Shown here one piece after another: positions 1-9,409 of a stretch of 64,000 nucleotides of DNA. The stretch's first letter is position 1. Every line of letters begins with the position of its first letter. Origin of the DNA: Gaiellales bacterium. GTDB lineage: Bacteria; Actinomycetota; Thermoleophilia; Gaiellales; JAICJC01. The notes under the pieces are model-generated. The model saw only the letters and a list, made by a program, of their open reading frames with translations, ran no database searches and was not told the origin of the DNA. Location of the stretch: assembly GCA_033856675.1 (NCBI GenBank), contig JAWVEN010000032.1, positions 41,081-105,080 of the forward strand. The letters are read 5' to 3'. Position numbers and translations under genes: made by a program.

Positions 1-1
1 G

Positions 2-445
2 GAGAGCTACGCCAAGACCAGCGGCGGCAAGGGGCTGCAGGTGGCTGTCCCGCTCAACCATCCCGAAGCATCATTCGACCGCACCAAGAGCTTCGCACGC
101 ACCGTGGCGGAGCTGTTCGAGCAGGAGACGCCCGACCTGGTCGTGGCACGGATGGACAAGAGCCTCCGCGCCGGCAAGGTCTTCATCGACTGGTCGCAGA
201 ACGACCCGTACAAGAGCACGATCTGTGCGTATTCACCGCGCGGCCGTCCGGAACCGACGGTGTCCACACCGGTGGCGTGGGACGAGGTCGACCGGTGCGC
301 CGAGGGCGGCGACCCCGACATGCTCCGGTTCACCATCGATGTGGTGCTGGAGCGCGTCGATCGCGAGGGAGATCTGTTCGGCCCGGTCGTCTCGCTCGTC
401 CAGCAGCTGCCGGATCAGTCGAGGACGAACGTCACCTCGAGGTGA
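2..445 (+). CDS. ligD: DNA ligase D polymerase/primase (LigD-Pol, AEP) domain, C-terminal part; 5' end lies outside the window
   Basis: Frame is open from the window edge (..SYAKTSGGKGLQVAVPL..). KTSGGKGL and IDWSQNDPYKSTICAYSPR are typical NHEJ LigD polymerase-domain motifs. Confidence 0.75.
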   Translation, partial: ESYAKTSGGKGLQVAVPLNHPEASFDRTKSFARTVAELFEQETPDLVVARMDKSLRAGKVFIDWSQNDPYKSTICAYSPRGRPEPTVSTPVAWDEVDRCAEGGDPDMLRFTIDVVLERVDREGDLFGPVVSLVQQLPDQSRTNVTSR

Positions 446-615
446 ACGCGGAACGCGACGATCTTGCCATCCTTGACGATCACGTTCTGATCCTTGACCC
501 ACGCGCCCTCGATGTTGCGGAGCGTCTCGTTGGCCTTGTCGATCGCCTCGCGGATGGCCGCCTCGAACCCGCTTTCTGACTGCGCGGAGAGGATGATCGT
601 CTTGGCTACAGACAT
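415..615 (-). CDS. dodecin family flavin-binding protein
   Basis: About 66 aa (MSVAKTIILSAQSESGFEAAIREAIDKANETLRNIEGAWVKDQNVIVKDGKIVAFRVHLEVTFVLD), matching dodecin length and pattern. AGAGGGG RBS lies upstream of the internal ATG at 615. Confidence 0.8.
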   Translation of the reverse strand: MSVAKTIILSAQSESGFEAAIREAIDKANETLRNIEGAWVKDQNVIVKDGKIVAFRVHLEVTFVLD

Positions 616-684
616 GGCAGACCCCTCTGTCGGAGTTGGACCGGAGAACCTCACCGATCCTACCCCGCCAGAGGGGTCGCCGGA

Positions 685-2826
685 TTACGCCGCGAGTGGC
701 TGGTACTGGGCCTCGGGCTCGGTGATGAGCACGATCTCGCCGTCGTCACCACATCGGGCGACGACGCGGTCGCCATCCGCGAGCCGGCCGTCCATCAGTG
801 CCCGCGTCAGCTCCTTCTCGAGCGTGCGGCGGACGTGACGCTGCAGCGGGCGGGCGCCGAACTCACCGTCGAATCCGTCGCGTGCCAGCCGTGCGCAGAG
901 CTCGTGCTCGACGACCAGGTCGATTCCGCGCTGGACGAGCAGCCGGTCGGCAACCCTCTCGCAGATCAACACGGCGATCTCCTCCACCTGCTCGGGTGTG
1001 AGCGGCTGGAAGGTCACGATCTCGTCGATGCGGTTGAGGAACTCGGGCAAGAACGCCGTCCTTGCAGCGCCGCGCATCCGATCTTCGTCGGAGCCGGCGT
1101 CGGCGGCCGTGAAACCGACCGCGCGCTTCGCCTTTCCTGCGCCAAGGTTCGACGTCATCACGAGCACGGTGTTCGTAAAGTCGACCGTGCGCCCCTCGCC
1201 GTCGGTCAGGCGCCCGTCGTCGAGCACCTGCAGCAGCACGTTCCACACGTCGGGATGGGCCTTCTCGATCTCGTCCAGCAGCACCACCGAGTATGGGCGG
1301 CGCCGGACCGGCTCCGTCAGCTGGCCACCGTCCCCGTAGCCGACGTAGCCTGGGGGCGACCCGATCAGCCGCGCGACCGTGTGGGCCTCGCGGTACTCGG
1401 ACATGTCGATGCGGACGAGGGACTTCTCGGTCGCGAAGAGCCGTTCCGACAGCGCCTTCACGAGCTCGGTCTTGCCGACACCCGTGGGGCCCATGAAGAG
1501 GAACGTGCCCAGAGGCCGGTCGCCCTCCGAGAGGCCGACGCGCGCGCGGCGAATCGTGTCGGAGACGACCTCGACGGCCGCGTCCTGTCCGATTACCCGG
1601 CGGTGCAGGTCAGCTTCGAGCTCCATCAGCCGCTCCAGCTCCCCGGCCACCAGCTCCCCGACGGGGATACCGGTGCGCGTGGCGACCACAGCTGCCACAT
1701 CTCGCTCGCCGATGATGCGAATCGCCTCCGACGCCGCCTCGTCGATGCCGAGCTCGCGCATGTGATCCTCGAGCATCGCCGCACGCAGCTTCAGGCGCCC
1801 TGCTTCCTCGTACTCCTCGGCCTTCACGGCCTCGTCCTTCTCGGAGCGCAGCTTGTGCAGCTCGCGGCGCATCCGCTCGTCCTCGGTCGGCATCGCGGGG
1901 CCCTGAAGGCGTGCCCGCGCGCCGGCCTGGTCGATCAGGTCGATTGCCTTGTCCGGCAGGTGGTACTCGGTGATGTAGCGATCCGAAAGCCGTGCCGCAG
2001 CCTCCAGCGCATCGTCGGAGATCTCGCACTCGTGGTGCGCCGCGTAGGCATCGCGGATGCCGCGCAGAATCTCGAACGTCTCCTCGACGGTCGGCTCCTC
2101 CACGGTCACCGGCGAGAACCTGCGCGCCAGCGCAGCGTCCCGCTCGATCCGCCGAAACTCGCTCAGCGTCGTCGCCGCGATCATCCGCAGCTCTCCGCGT
2201 GCCAGCATCGGCTTCACCATGCTTGCCGCGTCCATCGCTCCTTCGGCGGCTCCGGCTCCGAGCAGGGTGTGCACCTCGTCGACGAACAGCACGATCTGCC
2301 CGTCCGACTGCACGACCTCCTCGAGCGCGGCCTTCATCCGCCCCTCGAACTGTCCGCGGTACTGGCTCCCCGCCAGCATTCCGGCGAGGTCGAGCGCCAC
2401 CACACGGCGCTCCTTGAGCGTCTCGGGCACATCTCCGTGCGCGATCCGCAGGGCCAGCCCTTCGACGATGGCAGTCTTGCCAACGCCGGCCTCGCCGATC
2501 ATCACGGCGTTGTTCTTGCGACGCCGGGCAAGGATCTCAATTGTCTGTGCGATCTCTTCGTCACGCCCGATCACCGGGTCGATACGACCCTCACGGGCAT
2601 CGGCGGTAAGGTCGCGGCCGAACTCGTCAAGCGACGGCGTCGCCGAGTGCTTGGAGTCGGGCAGCTGAGGCTTCCCACCGGCCTGCACCTCGCGCCTCAG
2701 GGTATCGGCGCATTCCTCGCAGAGGAACGCGGATGCCCGGTCGACGGACGAGGAGACCATGACCCGGATGACCCCCGGGCGCTCGTTACAGGCCTGGCAG
2801 ATATCGCCGTTTGTGTTCATATCCAT
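685..2826 (-). CDS. ClpC-like AAA+ unfoldase with two ATPase modules; the Clp_N domain is replaced by a McsA-type CxxC..CxxC zinc ribbon
   Basis: Walker A motifs GEAGVGKT and GPTGVGKT, a UVR-like middle domain (EEYEEAGRLKLRAAM) and a VGF ClpP loop. N-terminus is MDMNTNGDICQACNERPGVIRV..FLCEECADTL. Start taken at the internal ATG of ORF 685..2916. Confidence 0.9.
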   Translation of the reverse strand: MDMNTNGDICQACNERPGVIRVMVSSSVDRASAFLCEECADTLRREVQAGGKPQLPDSKHSATPSLDEFGRDLTADAREGRIDPVIGRDEEIAQTIEILARRRKNNAVMIGEAGVGKTAIVEGLALRIAHGDVPETLKERRVVALDLAGMLAGSQYRGQFEGRMKAALEEVVQSDGQIVLFVDEVHTLLGAGAAEGAMDAASMVKPMLARGELRMIAATTLSEFRRIERDAALARRFSPVTVEEPTVEETFEILRGIRDAYAAHHECEISDDALEAAARLSDRYITEYHLPDKAIDLIDQAGARARLQGPAMPTEDERMRRELHKLRSEKDEAVKAEEYEEAGRLKLRAAMLEDHMRELGIDEAASEAIRIIGERDVAAVVATRTGIPVGELVAGELERLMELEADLHRRVIGQDAAVEVVSDTIRRARVGLSEGDRPLGTFLFMGPTGVGKTELVKALSERLFATEKSLVRIDMSEYREAHTVARLIGSPPGYVGYGDGGQLTEPVRRRPYSVVLLDEIEKAHPDVWNVLLQVLDDGRLTDGEGRTVDFTNTVLVMTSNLGAGKAKRAVGFTAADAGSDEDRMRGAARTAFLPEFLNRIDEIVTFQPLTPEQVEEIAVLICERVADRLLVQRGIDLVVEHELCARLARDGFDGEFGARPLQRHVRRTLEKELTRALMDGRLADGDRVVARCGDDGEIVLITEPEAQYQPLAA

Positions 2827-2920
2827 ACGGTGAAGTATGGAGAACGCCGCACCGGAATGCCACTTCGGACGCCTTCCAGATGTGGCGAAGATTGGGCTTC
2901 CAGCGCCTGAGCCCACGAAC

Positions 2921-2952
2921 GCCGACGGCCCGGCAGATGCCGGGCCGTCGGT
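2921..2952 (-). terminator. GC-rich stem-loop downstream of the repeat-protein gene
   Basis: ccgacggcccggc-agat-gccgggccgtcgg: 13-bp perfect inverted repeat with a 4-nt loop, about 20 nt after the stop at 2974. No U-tract. Confidence 0.45.
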
Positions 2953-2973
2953 CGTACGTGCGTGGTCGTCCGG

Positions 2974-5361
2974 CTACGTGAGCGTGATGGCCCAGGTGCC
3001 GAAGTACTCGAACTGCGGGTCGACCTTGATGATGTAGCTGTTCGTCCCCGCCGCCGGTGTGAAGGCGATGTCCGTCCCCTGGGTGTAGGGCGAGGCTAAA
3101 GCCGCCTTGACGACGGTGTTCGGCGTCCCGACCTTGATCACCGAGATCCACGCCGGGTGCAGGTTCGACGCGTCGAAGTTAATGGTGATCGGCGTCGCGC
3201 TCGTGGTGGTGAACGTGTACTGCGTGTTCTGGCCCGGGATCGTGGTCGCGGGTGCGGTCGTCAGGCCGCCGCCGACGGTGACAGCCTGCGTGGTGGCCGA
3301 GTCAGCCGGCGGGTCGTACAGGTTGAAGTCCATCGAGCCGACCCTGTCTGACGCCGGATCGATCGTGAGCGTGTACGTGCCAGTGGCGGGCAGCGTCGCC
3401 GCGAGCTCCCACCAGGTGCGCCCGCCATACAGCGTGGACTGCGGCAAGAGCTGCGCCGTCTGGCCCGGCGCCGTCAGCTTTACAGTCGACCCGAAGCTGA
3501 AGGGATCGGCCAGAGTGTTGTTGTTGACCAGCACGAACAGCGGGTGCGCGATCGTCCCGGTGAACGTGACCTTGATGTTCTGTCCCGGCTTGGTGTTCGA
3601 GATGGCCGAGGGCGAGGTCCCATTCAGGGCGAGGCCGCTGTATGTCGCATCGGTCGTCACGTCGTAGAACGTCACCGTCGTCGAGCCGGAGTTCGCGCCG
3701 GACGGATCGATTGTCAGCGTGTAGACGCTGCCCGGCGTCACCGTCGTCGCGTCGACGAACGAGCCGTTGTTGCCGAAGCCGAACGGCGACTTGACCACTG
3801 TCGCCGCCTGCTTGAGCGAGGCCGTGACGCCGCTCGTCCCCGTGCTGCCCATCGTCGTGCTGGTGAACGTGGTGCTCACCTTCGTGACGCCGGCCGCAGG
3901 CGTGAACGTGACGGAGGCGTTCTGCCCCGGAAGCGTCGTGACGACGATCGGAGTGCCGACGGCGGCTGAGAAGGTCGCCACCGGCGGGAACACGTTCGCG
4001 GTGATGTCCATCGACCCGGTCGAGACGCTCTGCGGGTCGACTACGATCTTGTAGGTGCCGGTGACCGGCAGCGTGACGGCGTCGAGGAACTTGCCGGCGG
4101 TATTGAATGTCGTCGCGGCGATCAGCACCGTGCCGTCGGGCTTCAGCACCGACACCTTCGTGGTTGGGACGGTGTCGTTGCCGAAGTTGACGGAGAGGTA
4201 CTTGCCGGCCGTGCCGGCAATCGTGTACGTGGCATTCTGGCCCGCGGCCGTGAACGTCGCCGTCTGCAGCGTGCCGCTCGTGAGGGCGCCCGACACGTCG
4301 GCGGGCGAGGTGAACGCGTTCAGCGTCACGTCGCCGACCGCCTGCTTCTGCGGGTCGACCTGGATCGTGTAGGTGCCGGCAGCCGGCAGCGTCATCGGCT
4401 CGAGCAAGCCGCCCGAGTTCGACAGCGTCACCGTCTTCAGGATGCTGTTGTCGGGCTTGCGGATGCGGACGATCGTGCTCGGGTTGCCCGTCAGCGCGAC
4501 CGGCGAGACGGCCACCGTCAGCTTCTGGTTCAGCGTGCCGGTGAACGTGTATCCGGCGTTCTGACCCGGCGTTCCGATCGTGACGAGCTTGTTGCCGCCG
4601 TCGACCGCGATGGTGCCGCTCAGGTCGGCCGGCAGCACCCAGAGCTGGAACTCCGCGGTGCCGGTCGTCGTGCTCGGCGGGTTGGAGGTGAGCGTGTAGG
4701 TGCCCGTCTCCGGCAGTGCCACCGGGCCGAAGAACATCCCGGCGAAGCCGGTCACCGTCGGTGCGATGACCACGGCGCCGCTCGGGGCCTTGAGGTTCAC
4801 GCTGATGTTCTTCGCCGTGCTGCTGCCGCCGTCTGCGAGCAGCGAGATCCGCTGGCCCGCGGTGCCGCTGAACGTCATCTTGCCGTTCTGGCCCGGGGCC
4901 GCGTAGCTCTGCGTGACGAGGGTGCCGTCGGTGGCGATCGTGCCGGACACGTCGGCCGGAACGTCCCACGCTTCGAGCCGCGCGGTGCCCTTGCTCGTCC
5001 CCGGAGGGTCGACGACGATCTTGTATGTGCCTGTCGCCGGAAGTGTGAGCGGGGCGATGAAGCCGCCGGTCACGCTGAACGGACCGGCCGTCTTCAGCAC
5101 GCTGTTGTCGGGATTCTTGACGGTCACCGTGGGCGTGCCCATCTGCACCTGGGTGATTCGGATGCTGACACGCTGACCGGCGGTGCCGCTGAAGCTGACG
5201 GTCGCAACTTCGTTCGCCGCCGTGGTCGCGACCACGAGCGGCGTCCCATCGAGCGTGATCGTGTAGGTGGAGGCCGACGCTGAGCCGGCGGTGATGAGCG
5301 CCGCGAGCATGCCGGCGAGCGCTATGCGCATCGGCAGTCGGCGGGGGGTGCGTGCGAGCAT
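2974..5361 (-). CDS. secreted protein made of about 8 tandem ~95-100-aa beta-domain repeats (pre-peptidase C-terminal/PPC-like), with no catalytic domain seen
   Basis: Signal peptide MLARTPRRLPMRIALAGMLAALITAGSASA. Recurring pattern ..GQN..TF.GTAGQ..S......V.V..PDGS.L......G.F....LP.TGTY.I.VDP....G......VPAD.. RBS precedes the ATG at 5361. Confidence 0.85.
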   Translation of the reverse strand: MLARTPRRLPMRIALAGMLAALITAGSASASTYTITLDGTPLVVATTAANEVATVSFSGTAGQRVSIRITQVQMGTPTVTVKNPDNSVLKTAGPFSVTGGFIAPLTLPATGTYKIVVDPPGTSKGTARLEAWDVPADVSGTIATDGTLVTQSYAAPGQNGKMTFSGTAGQRISLLADGGSSTAKNISVNLKAPSGAVVIAPTVTGFAGMFFGPVALPETGTYTLTSNPPSTTTGTAEFQLWVLPADLSGTIAVDGGNKLVTIGTPGQNAGYTFTGTLNQKLTVAVSPVALTGNPSTIVRIRKPDNSILKTVTLSNSGGLLEPMTLPAAGTYTIQVDPQKQAVGDVTLNAFTSPADVSGALTSGTLQTATFTAAGQNATYTIAGTAGKYLSVNFGNDTVPTTKVSVLKPDGTVLIAATTFNTAGKFLDAVTLPVTGTYKIVVDPQSVSTGSMDITANVFPPVATFSAAVGTPIVVTTLPGQNASVTFTPAAGVTKVSTTFTSTTMGSTGTSGVTASLKQAATVVKSPFGFGNNGSFVDATTVTPGSVYTLTIDPSGANSGSTTVTFYDVTTDATYSGLALNGTSPSAISNTKPGQNIKVTFTGTIAHPLFVLVNNNTLADPFSFGSTVKLTAPGQTAQLLPQSTLYGGRTWWELAATLPATGTYTLTIDPASDRVGSMDFNLYDPPADSATTQAVTVGGGLTTAPATTIPGQNTQYTFTTTSATPITINFDASNLHPAWISVIKVGTPNTVVKAALASPYTQGTDIAFTPAAGTNSYIIKVDPQFEYFGTWAITLT

Positions 5362-5465
5362 GGGGGATCCTTTGATGAGAAAGGGGAAGACTTCCTTCTC
5401 ACTGTCGGCCTTCCACGACTCGTTTGGCATACCTCTTCGGGGGTACATTTCGGACGGGTGAATCC

Positions 5466-5801
5466 ATGGCGAACGAGCTGATCCTGACAACGACCGGCCG
5501 GCGCACTGGGCTTCCGCGCAGCACGCACGTCCTCTACGGGCAACGGGGCGACGACATCGTTGTGGTCGCATCGAACGGGGGCCGCGCCAACGACCCGCAG
5601 TGGTATCGCAACCTCCTCGCCGACCCCGATGTCGGCGTGCAGGTGGGTGACAACCCGCTGCGCGCCCGCGCGCGGACGGCGGCCGGCACGGAGCGGGACG
5701 ACCTGTGGCAGATGATGGTCGCCGACTTCCCGCCGTACGCCGACTACCAACGTTCGCTGGAGCGCGAGATCCCGGTGATCGTGCTCGAACCGGTGGAGTA
5801 G
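5466..5801 (+). CDS. deazaflavin (F420)-dependent nitroreductase family oxidoreductase (DDN-like)
   Basis: LTTTGRRTGLPRSTHVLY..VVASNGGRANDPQWYRNLLADPDV.V..G and ..ADYQRSLEREIPVIVLEP are typical of the family. Start at internal ATG. Confidence 0.85.
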   Translation: MANELILTTTGRRTGLPRSTHVLYGQRGDDIVVVASNGGRANDPQWYRNLLADPDVGVQVGDNPLRARARTAAGTERDDLWQMMVADFPPYADYQRSLEREIPVIVLEPVE

Positions 5802-6827
5802 CTACCGCAGCAGCGGCGCGACGTCCTCTGCGAACACCCGAAGCGCCTCTCGCTGCAGCTCAAAGGACATTCCCGGCCAGTACAACCGCGCGACGAAGTG
5901 CAGATCGTCGCCGACCGCCTGCCGATACCGCTCGATCCCTTCCGCCACCACCTCAGGCGAACCCAGCAGGATGCGGCTGCGAAGCTCCGCTTCCTCCTCG
6001 GGCGTGAGCGGAGGGGGAGGCGGCGGTGGGCCCGTACGACCGAAGGCCTCGTCCATGTCCTCGTACTTCCAGCTGACGTAATGGTGATGATCCCTGACGA
6101 GGTCCCATGCGTCGTCGGCGTGCCAGGCGAACGTCGGCTGGTAGATGCTGAACGTGAAGGCATCGACCTCGTCCGGCGACCGGCGCTCGAGCTCCTCTCG
6201 CGCCCACGCCACCTGCTGTGCAAACTCCTCCGGTGGCGCGTCGCCGGCCATATAGCCGTCGGCGATCCGCCCGGCGCGGCGAACGGCTCGCTCGGCGAAC
6301 GCGCCGATCCAGATCGGCGGGCCCTCCGGGCGCGGCGGTTTGGGCGTCACCGAAACCCCCGGTACCGGGAGCGCCTCAGTACCGTGCACCAGCCCGTCCG
6401 ACCACGCCTCGCGGAGGATCTTGATCGAGCCGACCAGCCGCTTTCGACGGTCGGACAGCGGAATGCCGAAACCCTCGAACTCCTCGCGGCGCCAACCCAG
6501 TCCGACGCCGAGCACCAGTCGACCGTCGGAGATGAGGTCGACGGTCGCGGCATCCTCGGCCAGGCGAAGGGGGTCGTGAAGCGGGGCAAGCAGCAGCCCG
6601 GTGCCGATCTCGACACGCTCGGTGCGCGCGGCGATCGCGGCTGCCACCGGAAGCAGTGACGGCATGTAGGCGTCGTCCACGAAGTGATGCTCCGAGACCC
6701 ACACCGAGTCGAGACCGAGCCGCTCCGCCTCGACCGCGAGTTCGATCGCCTCCCGGTAGAGGTCGGCGTCGCTACGGGGGTCGCCCGGGTAGCGCTGACA
6801 CGTGATCAACCCGTATCCCAGCTTCAT
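5802..6827 (-). CDS. LLM-class (luciferase-like) flavin/F420-dependent oxidoreductase
   Basis: MKLGYGLITCQ..LGLDSVWVSEHHF..LLPVAAAIAARTERVEIGTGLLLAPLHDPLRLAED.ATVDLISDGRLVLGVGLGW. Stop abuts the stop of the convergent gene. Confidence 0.9.
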   Translation of the reverse strand: MKLGYGLITCQRYPGDPRSDADLYREAIELAVEAERLGLDSVWVSEHHFVDDAYMPSLLPVAAAIAARTERVEIGTGLLLAPLHDPLRLAEDAATVDLISDGRLVLGVGLGWRREEFEGFGIPLSDRRKRLVGSIKILREAWSDGLVHGTEALPVPGVSVTPKPPRPEGPPIWIGAFAERAVRRAGRIADGYMAGDAPPEEFAQQVAWAREELERRSPDEVDAFTFSIYQPTFAWHADDAWDLVRDHHHYVSWKYEDMDEAFGRTGPPPPPPPLTPEEEAELRSRILLGSPEVVAEGIERYRQAVGDDLHFVARLYWPGMSFELQREALRVFAEDVAPLLR

Positions 6828-6961
6828 GTTGCCGTCCTTATCGCCACTTTGGAGTAGGTCACCCTCGTCAGGGTGGTGAACTTTTGTGGACCCCACCCAG
6901 GTGTGATCTATAACGAGCGGCGAGGGGGGACCGCAGCCGGCGGATCCTACCGGGGCCACTC

Positions 6962-9379
6962 TTGATTCTCAGATATCACTCAGGCACGCTCCGAGCGGCG
7001 GGGCTCACCATGCTGGCCGGATTCATCGCCGAGGCGCTGATGGTCGAGACGCTGGCACGACTTTCCGACCAGTGGGTGGGGGTCCCGGGCGGTCTCGCCG
7101 TTCTCGTCGCGGTGATCGTGGCGATCTTCGCCGGTCCTGGCCCCGGCTGCGCCGTCGCCCTGTTCGGAAGCGCCCTCTTCATCCGGCATGTGACGCCCGA
7201 GGGTGCCGCCTGGTATGAACAGGTCGCACCTGCCGTGGTCTGGGCGGTCGCCGCCTTGGCGGCCGGTCAGGCCGCGCTGACCGTCGTGGGGCGGGCGCGA
7301 TTCAGCGAGGTTCGCACCCAGCTGATGGTGGAGTCGGCACCCGACGCGGTGATCGTGATGGACTCGGATTGCCGGATCCTGGAGTTCAACGCTGCGGCCG
7401 AGCGGATGTTCGGCTTGCCTCGCCACAGCGCGATCGGCGCAAGCGTACCGGGCAGGCTGATCCCCAAGGATGAGCGCCAGATCTACTGGAGGAAGTTGAG
7501 GAAGTACCTGCGAACCGGGCAGAGCGATGGGTTCGGGCGGACCTTTGAGCGGAGGATGCTCCGCGCCGACGGCACCGAGTTCATCGCCGAAACGGCGACA
7601 ACCGCTGTCGGCTCGGGTGACGCACGCGTCTTCACCTCATACGTGCGCGACATCTCCGAGCGTAAGGAATCTGAGCGTCGGGCTCTCGACCTGGCCGCGA
7701 TCGTCGCCACAACCGACGACGCCATTATTCGCAAGCGGCTCGACGGAACCATCGAGTTGTGGAACCGAGGTGCCGAGCGGCTCTACGGCTACACCGCCGA
7801 GGAGGTCATCGGCAAGCACGTCTCGCTGCTTGCGGCCGATGACGAGCACGACGACGTTCCCGCGATCCTCGAGCGCATCGGCCGGGGAGAGCACGTCGAC
7901 CACTTCGAGACGAAGCGCAAGACCAAGTGGGGCGACCATGTGTACGTGTCGCTCACGGTCTCACCGCTGATCGACGCGTCCGGCACGATCGTCGGCGTTT
8001 CCGCAATCGGCCGTGACATCACCCAGCAGAAGCGGGCCGAGGGGCACATGGAATACCTCGCCTACCACGACGCACTCACCGGCCTGCCAAATCGAGCGAT
8101 GTTCCAGGAGCACCTCGACCTCGCGCTCGAGCGTGCAAAGCGCCACGACCTCGCGGTTGCCGTGCTCAACGTCGACCTGGACGACTTCAAGCTGGTGAAC
8201 GACAGCTTCGGCCATGACATGGGAGACGAGTTGCTGCGCCAGGCCGCCGACCGGCTGCGGCGGGTGACCCGCTCGACCGACCTCGTGGCCAGGCACGGTG
8301 GCGACGAGTTCCTGATCCTGCTCAGCGACCTGCCCCGGGAGGCCCACAACGGAGACGCCGGGGCAGCCGAGCTGTCGCGGACCATCGCGAGCCACGTGCA
8401 GCGCGATCTTCATGAGCCGTTCGAGCTGGCAGACGGCCGCGTGTATGCCGGGGGGAGCATCGGCTGCAGCATCTACCCGCTGGACGCCGACACCCCCGAG
8501 GCGCTGCTTGCCAACGCCGACCTCGCGATGTACCAGGCGAAGCGGGCAACCCACGGCATCCAGGAGTCGTACCCCGAGGACCGGCCAGGCGCGCGGCACC
8601 GGCTCTCGCTGACCGCCGGCCTGTACAAGGCGCTCGAGAACGACGAGTTCGTACTGCACTACCAGCCGATCGTCGACCTGATCGGCGGGCACATCATCGG
8701 CGCGGAGGGGCTGATCCGATGGCAGCACCCGACGGAGGGCCTGATCCCGCCGAACGCCTTCATCCCACTGGCAGAGCGCAGCGGGCTGATCACTCGAGTC
8801 ACCGACTGGGTCGTCGGGCAGGCGCTCTACGACGCCAAGACCTGGGCCGACTCCGGGATGCATATCGGGACGGGGGTGAACATTCCGCTGACCCACCTGC
8901 AGCCCCACGCGGTGGGGCATCTGCTGACCGCGATCGAGGACGCCGGGGTCGACCCCGGCCTGTTCACGATCGAGGTGACGGAGACGGCCACCATGACGAA
9001 TCCCGAGCACACCCAGCTGCAACTGCGCAAGATTCGCTCGAGCGGGGTGAACGTCGCCATCGATGACTTCGGCACCGGATATTCGTCGCTCGCGCGGCTG
9101 ACACAGATGCCGGTCACGACGCTCAAGATCGACCGGGCGTTCATTCGCCAGGTGCCACGCAACGAGAGCGCCACGGCGGTGGCAAAGACGATCATCGAGC
9201 TTTCACATTCGCTCGGCGCCCAGCCTCTCGCCGAGGGGATCGAGACGCAGGAGCAGCTCGACTGGCTGATCGAGCACGGCTGCCGTCTCGGCCAGGGCTA
9301 CCTGTTCAGCCAGCCGGTGGCGGCACACCACATTCCGACGCTGCACGAGACGTTCCGGCTGAACGGGCACGCTGACTAG
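6962..9379 (+). CDS. membrane-anchored PAS-PAS-GGDEF-EAL cyclic-di-GMP signalling protein
   Basis: N-terminal TM helices, two PAS-like segments, a degenerate GGDEF motif (RHGGDEFLIL) and EAL-domain motifs (EGLIRWQHP, DDFGTGYSSL, EGIETQEQ). Start uncertain: TTG 6962 or ATG 7010. Confidence 0.9.
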   Translation: MILRYHSGTLRAAGLTMLAGFIAEALMVETLARLSDQWVGVPGGLAVLVAVIVAIFAGPGPGCAVALFGSALFIRHVTPEGAAWYEQVAPAVVWAVAALAAGQAALTVVGRARFSEVRTQLMVESAPDAVIVMDSDCRILEFNAAAERMFGLPRHSAIGASVPGRLIPKDERQIYWRKLRKYLRTGQSDGFGRTFERRMLRADGTEFIAETATTAVGSGDARVFTSYVRDISERKESERRALDLAAIVATTDDAIIRKRLDGTIELWNRGAERLYGYTAEEVIGKHVSLLAADDEHDDVPAILERIGRGEHVDHFETKRKTKWGDHVYVSLTVSPLIDASGTIVGVSAIGRDITQQKRAEGHMEYLAYHDALTGLPNRAMFQEHLDLALERAKRHDLAVAVLNVDLDDFKLVNDSFGHDMGDELLRQAADRLRRVTRSTDLVARHGGDEFLILLSDLPREAHNGDAGAAELSRTIASHVQRDLHEPFELADGRVYAGGSIGCSIYPLDADTPEALLANADLAMYQAKRATHGIQESYPEDRPGARHRLSLTAGLYKALENDEFVLHYQPIVDLIGGHIIGAEGLIRWQHPTEGLIPPNAFIPLAERSGLITRVTDWVVGQALYDAKTWADSGMHIGTGVNIPLTHLQPHAVGHLLTAIEDAGVDPGLFTIEVTETATMTNPEHTQLQLRKIRSSGVNVAIDDFGTGYSSLARLTQMPVTTLKIDRAFIRQVPRNESATAVAKTIIELSHSLGAQPLAEGIETQEQLDWLIEHGCRLGQGYLFSQPVAAHHIPTLHETFRLNGHAD

Positions 9380-9409
9380 CCAGTCAGTTTTGGTTTCGCA
9401 CTCCGATCC

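Noticed and set aside
835-2910. Very long ORFs antisense to or out of frame with recognised genes. Examples: 835..2910(+), 3302..4969(-), 7961..9022(-), 9203..10405(-), 14013..15485(+), 16527..18431(+), 21606..23126(+), 26231..28114(+), 30747..32882(+), 40321..41451(+), 43061..44131(+), 48154..49422(+).
   Set aside because: Their translations are Arg/Pro/Ala/Gly-rich low-complexity strings with no motifs. They mirror genes with clear family signatures on the other strand. This is the usual stop-codon-poor artefact of very GC-rich DNA.
5362-5571. N-terminal extensions of many track ORFs. Examples: 2974..5571, 5802..6959, 11194..12852, 20898..22943, 22595..24250, 35001..36395, 36922..38481, 44101..45315, 51914..53737.
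   Set aside because: The extensions overlap the upstream gene and are Arg-rich nonsense. Internal ATG/GTG codons with an RBS or a 4-nt overlap to the preceding stop give proteins of family-typical length, so I used the internal starts.
5799-5804. Zero-spacing convergent stops of the DDN-like and LLM genes (5801/5802), plus similar convergent overlaps at 415-445, 47944-47947 and 56572-56586.
   Set aside because: This is compact convergent gene packing, common in such genomes. There is no evidence of a functional antisense or terminator element.
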